A stretch of 64,000 nucleotides of DNA from Candidatus Saccharimonadia bacterium (GTDB lineage: Bacteria > Patescibacteriota > Saccharimonadia > UBA4664), in NCBI GenBank assembly GCA_035479295.1, contig DATIIV010000012.1:1010-65009 (forward strand). Direction: 5' to 3'. The notes under the pieces were generated by a model. That model was given only the letters and a program-made list of their open reading frames with translations. It searched no databases and was not told the origin of the DNA. Both the position numbers and the translations under genes were made by a program. Positions 17,931 through 27,204 of this stretch are shown here, in pieces (position 1 is the stretch's first letter; every line of letters starts with the position of its first letter).

Positions 17931-18593
17931 ATGAAACTCCTGAATATTAGCTACGCAGTACTGCAAGAAAAGCTTGACCAATATCTCGATAGTGATGCCA
18001 ATTTTAAGGCCGTGTTTGAGTACACTCAGCGGCGATTTGAGGCGGCTACAAATCTTACGGCGCACAATTGGGCACATTGTCGCCGGGATACAATCAACGC
18101 CATAGTGATTGGCGAAGCCGAGAAGGCCGATATGGGCATTGTGCTTCCGGCCGCTTGCATGCATGATATCGGCTTTTTGTATGGCGCCACAGGAAAGACG
18201 CATGGCTCAGTGGGCGCCGATAAGCTCGCGGGTTATCTAAAAGAGGGCGGTATCAATTATTCGATCGAGGCCATAGAAAAGCTAGCAAGCTGTTTGCGCA
18301 CTCATAAGGGCAGTATGCACCAGGAGAAGCCCGAGAGTCTGGAAGCCAAAGTAGTAGCTGATGCCGATATGCTAGAGAAGTTTGGGCCCTTTGGTGTCTA
18401 TCAAAATATTCGAACCTTTGGCGAATTCAACCGCCCCTTAGAGAGTAACCTAGAGCGGGCGAGCGAAATCTTTAATCTCACACTCGAAACGCCAACAGGC
18501 CAACGCTTGGCCGAGCCAGGGCGTCAGTTTGTAGCCGACTTTTATCGCGAGCTTCAAGAAGCGGCGGCGCCATATGGGATTAGGGCCAATTAA
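17931..18593 (+). CDS. HD-domain metal-dependent phosphohydrolase
   Basis: HNWAHCRRD...MHDIGF...HGSVGADKLA...DADMLEKFG give H..H, HD and D ligands. The AT-richer patch starts here. Confidence 0.65.
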   Translation: MKLLNISYAVLQEKLDQYLDSDANFKAVFEYTQRRFEAATNLTAHNWAHCRRDTINAIVIGEAEKADMGIVLPAACMHDIGFLYGATGKTHGSVGADKLAGYLKEGGINYSIEAIEKLASCLRTHKGSMHQEKPESLEAKVVADADMLEKFGPFGVYQNIRTFGEFNRPLESNLERASEIFNLTLETPTGQRLAEPGRQFVADFYRELQEAAAPYGIRAN

Positions 18594-19338
18594 AACCAAA
18601 GCGTACATGAACGGTATCACTCACTCGGTCAAGCACTACTACCAGCCCACCAACAACAGCTGTAGCCAAGCGGCCTTAGCTATGCTGCTGTCGCATTACG
18701 GTCAGGAGCTCTCTCCAGAGCATATTATGGAGAGCGTTCCGGTGGGCAAAAACGACCAGGGTGAAGACTGGGGCACCATCAATCAACAGCTGGCTACCTG
18801 GTGCCGTAGTCAGGGTTATGGCGTGGAGCTCCATACGGCTGATTTTCAGATCATCGATCTATCGTGGGCCAACCTGGCCCAGGTTAAACTTATTGAGCGA
18901 ATGGAACTAGCCAAAGACCATCGGGTTGTGCCGGCCCTGGGCAAGGCCTGGTCGCAGATTTACCTGCAATCGTACATAGACTTCGTTAAGGCGGGTGGTG
19001 GGCTCTATATTCGGCCCTTTATGACTACCGGGCTGATCGATGATCTGCTTGTAAACGGTCCGTTGTTAGTGTGTATTTGCTACTCGGTGCTCTACAATAC
19101 TGGTCGAAGCAAGAATATTGGCTTGCGAGAGTCGAAGGATGACGACCTTAGCGGCAAGGTTGAGAACCATAGCGTGGTAATTTATGGACGGGACAAGCAC
19201 GGCAATTATCTCGTTGCGGACCCTTGGAAAGAGCCTGGTCGGCATGTCATTGAATCGGAGCGGCTGCTCTGTGCTATGACGGCGGCTCAAATAGAGTGCG
19301 ATAATCTACTGTTTCAGGTTCATCGTGCCGACCATTAA
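18574..19338 (+). CDS. papain-fold cysteine peptidase, C39-like (Peptidase_C39_2/BtrH-N-like)
   Basis: YYQPTNNSCSQAALAMLLSHYG (Gln/Cys), NHSVVIYG (His) and VADPW (Asp). The start is ambiguous: 18574 overlaps the HD gene 3' end, and the alternative ATG is 18607. Confidence 0.55.
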   Translation: MGLGPIKTKAYMNGITHSVKHYYQPTNNSCSQAALAMLLSHYGQELSPEHIMESVPVGKNDQGEDWGTINQQLATWCRSQGYGVELHTADFQIIDLSWANLAQVKLIERMELAKDHRVVPALGKAWSQIYLQSYIDFVKAGGGLYIRPFMTTGLIDDLLVNGPLLVCICYSVLYNTGRSKNIGLRESKDDDLSGKVENHSVVIYGRDKHGNYLVADPWKEPGRHVIESERLLCAMTAAQIECDNLLFQVHRADH

Positions 19339-19555
19339 CGCCAACTCCCCCGATCACGTCGATCGCTACCCCGATGGCTCGATTAAGGCCAAGGGACCGG
19401 TCGTAGACGGTGAGCTTGAGGGTTACTGGGAGTGGTTTCGTCGGGATGGTTCAAAGTTGCGGTCGGGGCACTTTAGTAAGGGCCGCCCGGTGGGCGAGTG
19501 GATCACCTACGATCGACAGAGCCAGGTTTACAAGGTGACGCAGCGAAAGGGCTAG
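19325..19555 (+). CDS. MORN-variant repeat protein (YwqK-like, immunity/antitoxin-like)
   Basis: 76 aa: G..EG.W..YY..G and G.W..Y repeats (DGELEGYWEWFRRDGSKLRSGHFSKGRPVGEWITY). It overlaps the peptidase gene by 14 nt. Confidence 0.5.
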   Translation: MPTINANSPDHVDRYPDGSIKAKGPVVDGELEGYWEWFRRDGSKLRSGHFSKGRPVGEWITYDRQSQVYKVTQRKG

Positions 19556-19615
19556 GCCTCTGATGCCAGGCCGCTAGAGCTTTGCGCCTATTTATTACAA
19601 AACGCTTATGCTAAT

Positions 19616-20251
19616 ATGCGAGCCATGTCAAAGCGCTCATTTTTGATTGGCTACAAGCTAATCTTTAGCCTCTTGGCCTTTAGCGCCATCATCACCGAGA
19701 TCGCCACTATCGCTGAGCGCGGTCGGTTCGTGCCAATCAACTTCTTTGGCTACTTCACCGTCGAATCAAACTTATTTGCCGCCGCCGTACTGCTACTGAG
19801 CGCCCTGGCAGTGGCTCAGAACTCCAGCGCGACTCATCGGCGCCTTAGTTTATTGCGCGGTGCGGCTACGGTGTATATGGCCACCACCGGCATCGTTTTT
19901 GCCCTACTTCTGTCGGGGCTTAATGTTGAGTTAACGGCTGTGCCATGGGACAATATCGTATTGCACTACCTGATGCCTTTGGCACTAGTGGCCGATTGGC
20001 TGATACAACGGCCAGCTTTTGAGATCCAATTGAGGCAGGCTGTGCCCTGGCTGATATTTCCGGTGGTCTACGTGGTGTACAGCCTAATCCGGGGCTGGTT
20101 CGCGGGTTGGTACCCCTATCCATTTCTTGACCCGGCCACCAATGGCTATGCAGGGGTGGCTGTGACGAGTCTTGGCATTGCGCTGCTCGAGGTTGCCTTA
20201 ATCTGGCTTGCTATTCAGTTTGGTCCAGCTAAGACTCGGACGAGACGCTAG
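19616..20251 (+). CDS. Pr6Pr-family integral membrane protein
   Basis: 6 TM with a conserved ..NLFAAA.., ..TVYMATTGIVFALLL.. and ..VVYVVYSLIRG.. pattern. Confidence 0.5.
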   Translation: MRAMSKRSFLIGYKLIFSLLAFSAIITEIATIAERGRFVPINFFGYFTVESNLFAAAVLLLSALAVAQNSSATHRRLSLLRGAATVYMATTGIVFALLLSGLNVELTAVPWDNIVLHYLMPLALVADWLIQRPAFEIQLRQAVPWLIFPVVYVVYSLIRGWFAGWYPYPFLDPATNGYAGVAVTSLGIALLEVALIWLAIQFGPAKTRTRR

Positions 20252-20314
20252 CCAAGCTGCCTTGCTGAGGCCATACATTTGGTGCACAATCAATCTATAA
20301 CTGAGGTGAACATC

Positions 20315-20500
20315 ATGTCGAAGCACGGATCTATGAACGCTGGTGCCGGTGGTGCGGTGTATGGCCTGGGCCTAATCGGGGCGCTCGTGTATTATCTTGG
20401 GCACGCCTCCTCATTTGGCATGGGCCTGGTGGGCATTCTTAAGGCTTTAGTGTGGCCGGCCTTTGTGGTCTACCAGTGGTTGGTATTTCTAAAGATGTAG
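20315..20500 (+). CDS. small membrane protein (61 aa)
   Basis: MSKHGSMNAGAGGAVYGLGLIGALVYYLG... with GAGGTG RBS 6 nt upstream. Confidence 0.4.
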   Translation: MSKHGSMNAGAGGAVYGLGLIGALVYYLGHASSFGMGLVGILKALVWPAFVVYQWLVFLKM

Positions 20501-20556
20501 CTGGCGGTAGGTATATCGGCGCTTTATAATAGACCAGGCACTAACCGGAGCAGCGG

Positions 20557-20961
20557 GTGATGAGACTTGAGGCGTATCTATTTTTTCCACGACAGGCCGA
20601 GGAGGCTATGAAGTTTTACCAGTCGGTTCTTGGTGGCGAGCTCAAGCTAACGCGCCGCGGCGAGGTCGATCCGACCGCGCCCGAGGACATGAAGCCGCTC
20701 ATTATTAACGCCGAGCTGACGAGCGGGGAGCTTACGCTGCGCGGTGCCGACAACACCGACACGCCGACCGAGCGGCAGCACCGGATGTCGCTAACGCTGA
20801 TAGGCTCGGATGAGGCCAAGCTGCGCCACATTTACGACCAGCTGGCGGCCGGCGGCTCGGCCGATCATCCGCTGGACAAGATGTTCTGGGGCGATATCTT
20901 TGGCGAACTGACCGACAAGTACGGCATTACTTGGCAGATCAATATTCTGGCGGCTAAGTAG
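20557..20961 (+). CDS. VOC-family PhnB-like protein
   Basis: MRLEAYLFF...AMKFYQSVLGG...MFWGDIFGELTDKYGITWQIN is a classic PhnB/COG2764 pattern. Confidence 0.7.
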   Translation: MMRLEAYLFFPRQAEEAMKFYQSVLGGELKLTRRGEVDPTAPEDMKPLIINAELTSGELTLRGADNTDTPTERQHRMSLTLIGSDEAKLRHIYDQLAAGGSADHPLDKMFWGDIFGELTDKYGITWQINILAAK

Positions 20962-21072
20962 GCGAGCCTCGCAAGATGGCTATAAGCTGTTGACGAAGCT
21001 GCTTTCGGTGTAATTATATAGCGGGCCTACAAAGGGTCATATCGGTTCACCTCAACCCCTGGAGGCAAGCTC

Positions 21073-21618
21073 GTGCTTTGTTTTCGAGCGTTATGCTCGG
21101 CAGTTTTGGCGATCGTTGTGCTGGCGGCTTGTAACGACCAAGGCGGTAACGCCGACAGCTCCAGCCAGTCGGCCAGTGTGAGCACGACGCCCACCGCGGC
21201 CTCGGCGGTATCGTCGACTGCGGCGGCCGTACCGAAGAATGCGCCTATCCTGGCCGGTAGTCGCTCAACGGCGGAATGGGCTCAAGCGGTCGCTGAACTG
21301 ACCGGCTGCGTCAGTCCGAGCATTAGCCCGTTGCCGGCGAGCAGTGGTCATCCCGATCCCTCGTACTGGATAGTCTGCCGGCCAGCCGATCGGACTGATC
21401 CGTCGGTGTATCGGCTGGCTGAGGTGTTCGTCTTTGATGACAACGCCGCCCGTGACCGCTACGTTCAGGGCGTCACAGGTCTGCGCCAGTTGGCCAACAA
21501 GGACGATACCTTCGACCCGCAGATCGTGGGCGACCGCTACGCCATGACAAACGCCGATGGCGTCAGCTTCGCGGCCAACCAGGCCGAAGCGGCCAGGCTG
21601 GGTGACTCGGTCAAGTAG
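21073..21618 (+). CDS. lipoprotein (lipobox LAAC), hypothetical
   Basis: GTG start with GGAGG 7 nt upstream. Signal VLAIVVLAAC is followed by a Ser/Thr/Ala-rich linker. Confidence 0.5.
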   Translation: MLCFRALCSAVLAIVVLAACNDQGGNADSSSQSASVSTTPTAASAVSSTAAAVPKNAPILAGSRSTAEWAQAVAELTGCVSPSISPLPASSGHPDPSYWIVCRPADRTDPSVYRLAEVFVFDDNAARDRYVQGVTGLRQLANKDDTFDPQIVGDRYAMTNADGVSFAANQAEAARLGDSVK

Positions 21619-21795
21619 GTCATTTGGGCGATTTTGTCCGCACCCCGACAGAGTGGCTTCGTGCCAAGTTCGCTCTGTCGGGGCGTCTTAGTTTTATGTA
21701 AATGCATCGTGGTGGTCTGTGAGTTTGATCACTGCGCTCAAGAGTCGCCCGACATAGAATAAGAACAAGTTTGGGCTCTAAAGCTAGGAGGCCAC

Positions 21796-22434
21796 ATGAA
21801 GAAGCTAGATTTGCGCCAAGAGTATCCTCAACTATACCGATCTCGGGTTGGCCAGGTGCAAGAGGTGATGGCGCCAAAGCTCCAATTTATTATGGTAGAT
21901 GGCCAAGGTAGCCCCGAGAGCCCGGCCGGTGCGGCTGCCTTTGAGCAGGCTATCCAGGCGCTGTATGGCTTAAGCTTTGCGCTTAAGTTTGCTTGCAAGC
22001 AGGCTGGCGGGCCGGATTATGTGGTAGGCCCGCTGGAGGCGTGTTGGCGCATGGCCGATGACGCCGATTTTGATTCGGCTCGGCCGGCCGACTGGCGATG
22101 GACGGCTATGATAATGCAGCCCGATTTTATTACGTCACAAGAGTACGCCCTTGCCCTACAAAAACTTCAGCGCACGCGGCCGAGTGCCATCCTTAATGAG
22201 GTGCGCCTGGCTGTGCTTGAAGAGGGCCGGTCGATTCAGACCATGCACCAAGGGCCCTATGACGCCGAGGCGCCGACCTTGCAGCGCTTAGCCGACTACG
22301 CCGAGGCCCACGGTTACGCCTGGAACGGTGACCACCACGAGATTTATTTGAGCGATCCGCGTCGGACGGCCCCCGAGCGGCTGCGCACCATTCTGCGTCG
22401 ACCAGTGCGAGCAGCCGATACTGCCTGCGGGTGA
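21796..22434 (+). CDS. GyrI-like small-molecule-binding domain protein
   Basis: AGGAGG RBS. Motifs ..YVVGPLEACW..QPDFIT.. and the C-terminus HHEIYLSDPRRTAPERLRTILRRPV are typical of the GyrI-like/YdeE effector-binding fold. Confidence 0.55.
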   Translation: MKKLDLRQEYPQLYRSRVGQVQEVMAPKLQFIMVDGQGSPESPAGAAAFEQAIQALYGLSFALKFACKQAGGPDYVVGPLEACWRMADDADFDSARPADWRWTAMIMQPDFITSQEYALALQKLQRTRPSAILNEVRLAVLEEGRSIQTMHQGPYDAEAPTLQRLADYAEAHGYAWNGDHHEIYLSDPRRTAPERLRTILRRPVRAADTACG

Positions 22435-22496
22435 TCCATATCACTGCGGGTGATGCCTTCTAGCGATACACTAAGGGCGTAAACGGAGGAGCTGGC

Positions 22497-22694
22497 ATGA
22501 AGACATTAGTAAGGGCTCGTCTGCCGGAGGCACCGCCGCACAACCTCATGACCGCCGCTCAGGTGCGCCGAATCCTGCGCTCGGAGGCGCATTGTTCGTG
22601 GGAGGCCGCCTTTGAGCAGGCCAAATATCGCTTAGATCATCCCCGCTTTTTGGAGCCATCCGTGAGCCCTCGAGCGGAGCAAGAGGAGGATTAG
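22497..22694 (+). CDS. hypothetical small protein (65 aa)
   Basis: GGAGGAG RBS. It is tightly followed by the next gene. Confidence 0.35.
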   Translation: MKTLVRARLPEAPPHNLMTAAQVRRILRSEAHCSWEAAFEQAKYRLDHPRFLEPSVSPRAEQEED

Positions 22695-22696
22695 CC

Positions 22697-23035
22697 ATGA
22701 CATTCACCTGGAAAGACGCTATCACCACCGTGTTTGCGGTGGCAGTGGCAGCGCTCACTTACGCTAAGTACACTGGCTGGAGCAGCTGGCTGACAGCGCC
22801 GCGGCTGGGCATACTTACGCTGGGCGCAGTAGGCTTGGCCATGTGTATCCTCGGTGCCCCAGCGCCAGGCTACACGCCGTGGAATCTAGCATTAGGGGCA
22901 CTCGGCGCCATTGCCATCGCGTTTGTGGTAAGCGGGCTCATCTTGGGCAGTAGCTGGCTATTCTTTGCCTTGGCTGGCGATCTGGTGGCCTTGTGGCTAC
23001 TGACGACCGTAAAGCATGTCTTTCGATTGGCTTAG
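22697..23035 (+). CDS. hypothetical membrane protein (112 aa, 3-4 TM)
   Basis: AGGAGGA RBS. The sequence is hydrophobic throughout. Confidence 0.45.
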   Translation: MTFTWKDAITTVFAVAVAALTYAKYTGWSSWLTAPRLGILTLGAVGLAMCILGAPAPGYTPWNLALGALGAIAIAFVVSGLILGSSWLFFALAGDLVALWLLTTVKHVFRLA

Positions 23036-23038
23036 GCT

Positions 23039-23392
23039 ATGCTCACGCTCCTGCGCAAAGGCGATTACCGCCTCATAGAGACCAAGGGGCAAGTGAAGAT
23101 CTTGTACCTCGACGATGACGTTTATGCTTGGGTGCACGCCCAAGACATCGGTGAGCTCTTGATCGCCTCACACGTGCCGCACCGGGCTGACTATCACTTG
23201 GCATCCGGCCGCTACCGGCTCTATGAGGCGGAATCAGAGGCTCGATTTGCTAGTCAGCAGCACCTTGAGCTCTTGGTGGGCAAGCGGCATTGGCAGGGCT
23301 ACCTGCTACCCGCAGGATTACCGGATGGCAGCCAGCTACGAGTACGCCTTATCCCGACGTTGGAGTGCATAACGCTACCTCAGGTCGTATAG
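23039..23392 (+). CDS. hypothetical protein (117 aa)
   Basis: Clean ORF with no motif. Confidence 0.4.
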   Translation: MLTLLRKGDYRLIETKGQVKILYLDDDVYAWVHAQDIGELLIASHVPHRADYHLASGRYRLYEAESEARFASQQHLELLVGKRHWQGYLLPAGLPDGSQLRVRLIPTLECITLPQVV

Positions 23393-23393
23393 T
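23388..23393 (+). promoter_or_regulatory. -10 box TATAGT 6 nt upstream of ATG 23400 (leaderless)
   Basis: Sequence is gtcgTATAGTggtaatATGgat. Confidence 0.35.
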
Positions 23394-23399
23394 GGTAAT

Positions 23400-24050
23400 A
23401 TGGATCTTCTTGTTGTAGCACAGAAAATTGAGACATTCTTTGCCGACTTTCCGAGACGGCAGTACCAACCTGGTCAGATCTTAATTCAGGCTCAGGATAA
23501 TCCGGAGTATGTTTTTTATGTGGTTGAGGGCCGAATAAAGCAGTATGACATCTCAGAGCGGGGCGATGAGGTTGTGCTTAACACCTTTAAGTCGCCGGCC
23601 TTCTTTCCAATGTCCTACGCTATAACTAAGCAGCCCAATGAGTATTTTTACGAAGCCGAGGTGGAGACTACGGCTCACATCGCGCCCCCGGCCGAAGTTG
23701 TGGCTTTTATTCGAGCTAATCCTGATGTTATGTATGATTTATTATCGCGGGTTTATCAAGGGTTGGACGGCCTACTGGGCCGACTGGCTCACATGATGGC
23801 CGGCAGTGCGCGCGGCCGGGTGCTGTACGAGCTGCTCATTGAGGGCCGTCGATTTGGTGAGGAGCGGGGCCATGGCGTCATGCTGACTCTGACCGAGACC
23901 GATCTGGCGATTCACGCTGGCTTGGCGCGCGAAACGGTTAGCCGCGAGATCGGCAAACTTAAAGCCGAGGGGCTTGTCTCGGTGATCAAGAACGAGATGT
24001 TTGTTAACTCGCTTGACCGGCTGGCCGAAGTGGTCAGTAAGGAGTTATAG
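23400..24050 (+). CDS. Crp/Fnr family transcriptional regulator
   Basis: N-terminal cNMP-binding beta-roll (..YFYVVEGRIKQY..) and a C-terminal HTH (..LAIHAGLARETVSREIGKLKAEGLV..). Confidence 0.75.
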   Translation: MDLLVVAQKIETFFADFPRRQYQPGQILIQAQDNPEYVFYVVEGRIKQYDISERGDEVVLNTFKSPAFFPMSYAITKQPNEYFYEAEVETTAHIAPPAEVVAFIRANPDVMYDLLSRVYQGLDGLLGRLAHMMAGSARGRVLYELLIEGRRFGEERGHGVMLTLTETDLAIHAGLARETVSREIGKLKAEGLVSVIKNEMFVNSLDRLAEVVSKEL

Positions 24051-24054
24051 GTAG

Positions 24055-24666
24055 ATGGGGCTTATAGCGAAGCATATGAAAGATCAAGTCGGCACAATCC
24101 CCGTCGTGGAGCTGTTTATTATCGTGGTCGCTATAGCGGCGGTGAGTTTTGCGGTGTATGCGTCGTTGCGGGCACGTGGCACATTTACGCTAGCACCAAT
24201 GATGAGCCCAAGCGCCTCGCCGCTAGGCAATGCCTCGCCCCTGCCAGCGGCCAGTGAGTTTGATGTGCCAGAGTTGGGCTTTAAGCTGGCGCCACCGTCT
24301 GGCTTGCCTGATCTGGTTTATAGCACCGACCTCAACCGGACCGGCAGCCTGGGCGATGGTACCTCATATAGTGTCTCGACGGTTAAGTTGTCGAGCCAGT
24401 CGCTGCAGCAGGCCGGTGGGTCTGGCTCGAGCTGCTCGTCCGAGAAGATGCCGCTGGGGCTCATCTCGCGTTACTCGTTTGATCCTACAGGCAAGATTAT
24501 GGATGTGGCCAAGGTTAAAAAAGTGGGCAGCTTTTATCTGGCCTACGCTGGTCCACAGTCCACCTGTACCGCCGCTAATGCCGCTAATGCGACTGAGGTT
24601 AATGATCTGCAGAGCGCCCAAGTCCAGCTGATGCAGCAGGCCTTTGCTACGGCGGCAGCGCTCTAG
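24055..24666 (+). CDS. hypothetical membrane-anchored protein
   Basis: N-terminal TM then a Ser/Pro-rich region. I recognise no motifs. Confidence 0.4.
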   Translation: MGLIAKHMKDQVGTIPVVELFIIVVAIAAVSFAVYASLRARGTFTLAPMMSPSASPLGNASPLPAASEFDVPELGFKLAPPSGLPDLVYSTDLNRTGSLGDGTSYSVSTVKLSSQSLQQAGGSGSSCSSEKMPLGLISRYSFDPTGKIMDVAKVKKVGSFYLAYAGPQSTCTAANAANATEVNDLQSAQVQLMQQAFATAAAL

Positions 24667-24724
24667 CCGGCCGAATCGCTGCCGGTCGTGTATGATAAAA
24701 GGGAACGGAGATAACTGACCCAGC

Positions 24725-25207
24725 ATGAACGAACTTATTATTATCTGCGCCAAGTACCTATTTATAGTAAGCCTAATAGCGGTGGTGGTTTACTGGTGGC
24801 GGCTACCTCGTGCCGATAAGAAGCCATTTTTGGTGCTGCTGGTGGTGGGCGGTGTGCTGTCGTATGCGCTAGCTAAGCTGTCGGGCCACTTCATTTACGA
24901 TGCTCGGCCGTTCGTGTCAGAGCACATTACGCCCCTGATTCCGCATGCCAACGACAATGGCTTCCCGTCTGACCACACGTTGCTAACCTCGTGGCTAGCC
25001 TGGGTTGTGTTGGCGTTCTCGCGCAAATGGGGCGCTGCGTTGTTGGCGGTGGCCGTGGTAGTGGGTGCGGCTCGGGTGATGGCCGGTATTCACCATCCGC
25101 TCGATATTGCTGGGGCCTTGGCGGTGACGGGCCTGGCCACTTTGGTGGCTTGGTGGAGCTTAAACAAATGGCTCCCTCAAGATTCTGCTTGGCGCCGACA
25201 AAGTTAG
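24725..25207 (+). CDS. PAP2-family phosphatase
   Basis: KxxxxxxRP (KLSGHFIYDARPF), PSDH and SRxxxxxHxxxD (AARVMAGIHHPLD). Confidence 0.7.
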   Translation: MNELIIICAKYLFIVSLIAVVVYWWRLPRADKKPFLVLLVVGGVLSYALAKLSGHFIYDARPFVSEHITPLIPHANDNGFPSDHTLLTSWLAWVVLAFSRKWGAALLAVAVVVGAARVMAGIHHPLDIAGALAVTGLATLVAWWSLNKWLPQDSAWRRQS

Positions 25208-25435
25208 CAGTGCGAGCCTCTGCACAAAACCTCCAAGCGTTGTGACCTGCTGCGTAATCATTTGGTCAATTTATTTAGGCATAGCCAATCGGTGCCGGCC
25301 ATTAGCTTGGCGCTGCTGACCGGGGCCATGTATGGTCGGGCGATCGGGAGCGGCCGCCAGATTATGAAGATTCTGACCGAGCAAAAGGTGTTCGCGCGCG
25401 GCCATCGGCATCGTTCGTCCTAAGCCCGCATCCGC

Positions 25436-25441
25436 TATAAT
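25436..25441 (+). promoter_or_regulatory. -10 box TATAAT 6 nt upstream of ATG 25448 (leaderless)
   Basis: Sequence is ccgcTATAATgtgcttATGcta. Confidence 0.4.
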
Positions 25442-25447
25442 GTGCTT

Positions 25448-26560
25448 ATGCTAAAGCCAAAGGCCGTGGCGGCCGCTCTCCAGTCAGTCGTGGTCTTGGC
25501 CGCGCTGGCGCTGCCGGCGGTGGCCGCGGCACACCCGGTTAATTACAACGCCATTCAGACGGTTTTGTATGTGCAGGGGAGCCAAATAAGCCTGCATACC
25601 GATATTTCGGCCAGCATTATTTCGGCTCTCAATAAGCAAAACCCTGACCCTTCGGCCGAACTAAGCTACTTTCAAGCGTACGTAGCGCGCGGTCTTACGA
25701 TTAGCCAAAACGGCCAGGCTTGTCCATTTACGCTGACCGCCATCAATACCGCCCCCAGCATCAATACGCTCGACGGCAACTTTGTCTGCTCGACGCCGGT
25801 AACCGTCCCGACACAGCTGCAGATTCATAGCCAAGTCTTCGTAGAGCACTCCGATACGGCCAACCACTTCGTGACCGTGGGCTTGGCCGGGCAGCAGTGG
25901 CAGCTGGTCTTTACGCCGCAACACCAGGATTATCCGGGCGATGTGGCGGCCCAGCATTATACGCCGGCTGCGCCCACTGCGGCCGCTACCGCCACTCGGT
26001 TCTCGGCCGTGGCCGGGCAGTTTATTGGCCTGGGTATTCTGCATATTCTTACCGGCTACGATCACATTCTATTCCTCGTTTCCATTGTGTTGCTGTTGCG
26101 GTCGTGGAAGCGCATTCTGGTTCTGCTCACTACCTTTACCGTGGCCCATTCCATTACGCTGATTCTGGCCGGTCTGCATATCGTCGCGCTGTCGCCGCGG
26201 CTGGTGGAGCCGCTTATCGCGCTGTCCATCGTCTACATGGCGCTGCGCGATGCGGCCGTACTGCGTTGGCGCTGGCCCGACCGGCCGCTGCCGCGATTGG
26301 CCGCTACCGGCGGATTTGGCCTTATTCATGGCCTGGGTTTTGCTGGGGCTATTACGCAGGCTAATATTCCGGCGGCTTATTTGGTGCCGTCGTTACTCTT
26401 CTTTAATGTGGGCGTGGAACTGGGCCAACTGTGCGTGATGGCGGTGGTGTTGCCACTACTGTTCTTGGTCGATACGTTGTCCGGCCGGCGCCGCTGGCTG
26501 TTTGGTGCCTCGCTCGCCATCGCCGCGCTGGCCGCCATCTGGTTTGTGCAACGGTTGTGA
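25448..26560 (+). CDS. HupE/UreJ-family metal (Ni/Co-type) transporter with long N-terminal periplasmic domain
   Basis: Signal peptide, then a soluble domain of about 170 aa, then TM helices with GILHILTGYDH (HupE/UreJ HP..G.DH-type motif) and ..TVAHSITLILAG... Confidence 0.55.
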   Translation: MLKPKAVAAALQSVVVLAALALPAVAAAHPVNYNAIQTVLYVQGSQISLHTDISASIISALNKQNPDPSAELSYFQAYVARGLTISQNGQACPFTLTAINTAPSINTLDGNFVCSTPVTVPTQLQIHSQVFVEHSDTANHFVTVGLAGQQWQLVFTPQHQDYPGDVAAQHYTPAAPTAAATATRFSAVAGQFIGLGILHILTGYDHILFLVSIVLLLRSWKRILVLLTTFTVAHSITLILAGLHIVALSPRLVEPLIALSIVYMALRDAAVLRWRWPDRPLPRLAATGGFGLIHGLGFAGAITQANIPAAYLVPSLLFFNVGVELGQLCVMAVVLPLLFLVDTLSGRRRWLFGASLAIAALAAIWFVQRL

Positions 26561-26619
26561 CATTGATCACTGTTATTTGCATACTACTTATGCTATAACG
26601 CCAAAAAGGATTGAATATT

Positions 26620-27168
26620 ATGGACCGCAAGCTTGTTGATAAGCTACTCACCTCGGCCGGCGTTTTGGTTATGGTCATGTTTATTATTGGTGGCGCTCTG
26701 GCTACCTGGGGTGATAGCTTTGCGGCCAGCCAAATTCAGTCGCAGCTGACCCAGGAAAAGATCTACTTTCCCAAGGCTGGCTCGCCAGCGCTCGACCCCA
26801 AGGAGTTCCCCGGTCTGCAGCAGTACGCCGGCACACCGGTGGATAATGGCGACAAGGCCAAAGCCTACGCTGACCAGTTTATTTGGCACCATATGATGAA
26901 GGCCTCGGGTGGCAAGACCTACGCCGAGGTGAGTGCCTTGGCCCAGGCCAGCCCCCAGGATCCCAAGCTGGCGGCGCTCAAAGCCACCCTGTTTCAGGGC
27001 GACATGCTGCGGTCGAGCCTGCTAACGGCCTATGCCTTCTCGCGCTTTGGCCTGATCGCGCACTGGTCGGCCTTGGCTTGCTACAGCGGTGCTTTCGTTA
27101 TGTTCATCTTGGTCTTACTGGGACTGGCCCATATGGCGGCGCCGGCTCGCGTTTCGCGACGGCGCTAG
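26620..27168 (+). CDS. hypothetical membrane protein (TM at both ends)
   Basis: AAGGA RBS lies 9 nt upstream of ATG 26620. Confidence 0.45.
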   Translation: MDRKLVDKLLTSAGVLVMVMFIIGGALATWGDSFAASQIQSQLTQEKIYFPKAGSPALDPKEFPGLQQYAGTPVDNGDKAKAYADQFIWHHMMKASGGKTYAEVSALAQASPQDPKLAALKATLFQGDMLRSSLLTAYAFSRFGLIAHWSALACYSGAFVMFILVLLGLAHMAAPARVSRRR

Positions 27169-27191
27169 GCTTGCGGTCAAACTCCATATTG

Positions 27192-27197
27192 TATACT
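27192..27197 (+). promoter_or_regulatory. -10 box TATACT 7 nt upstream of ATG 27205 (leaderless)
   Basis: Sequence is ttgTATACTtgttagcATGaag. Confidence 0.35.
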
Positions 27198-27204
27198 TGT
27201 TAGC

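Noticed and set aside
25897-26364. 155-aa + ORF, Arg/Ala/Gly-rich
   Set aside because: It is an alternative frame inside the HupE/UreJ gene.
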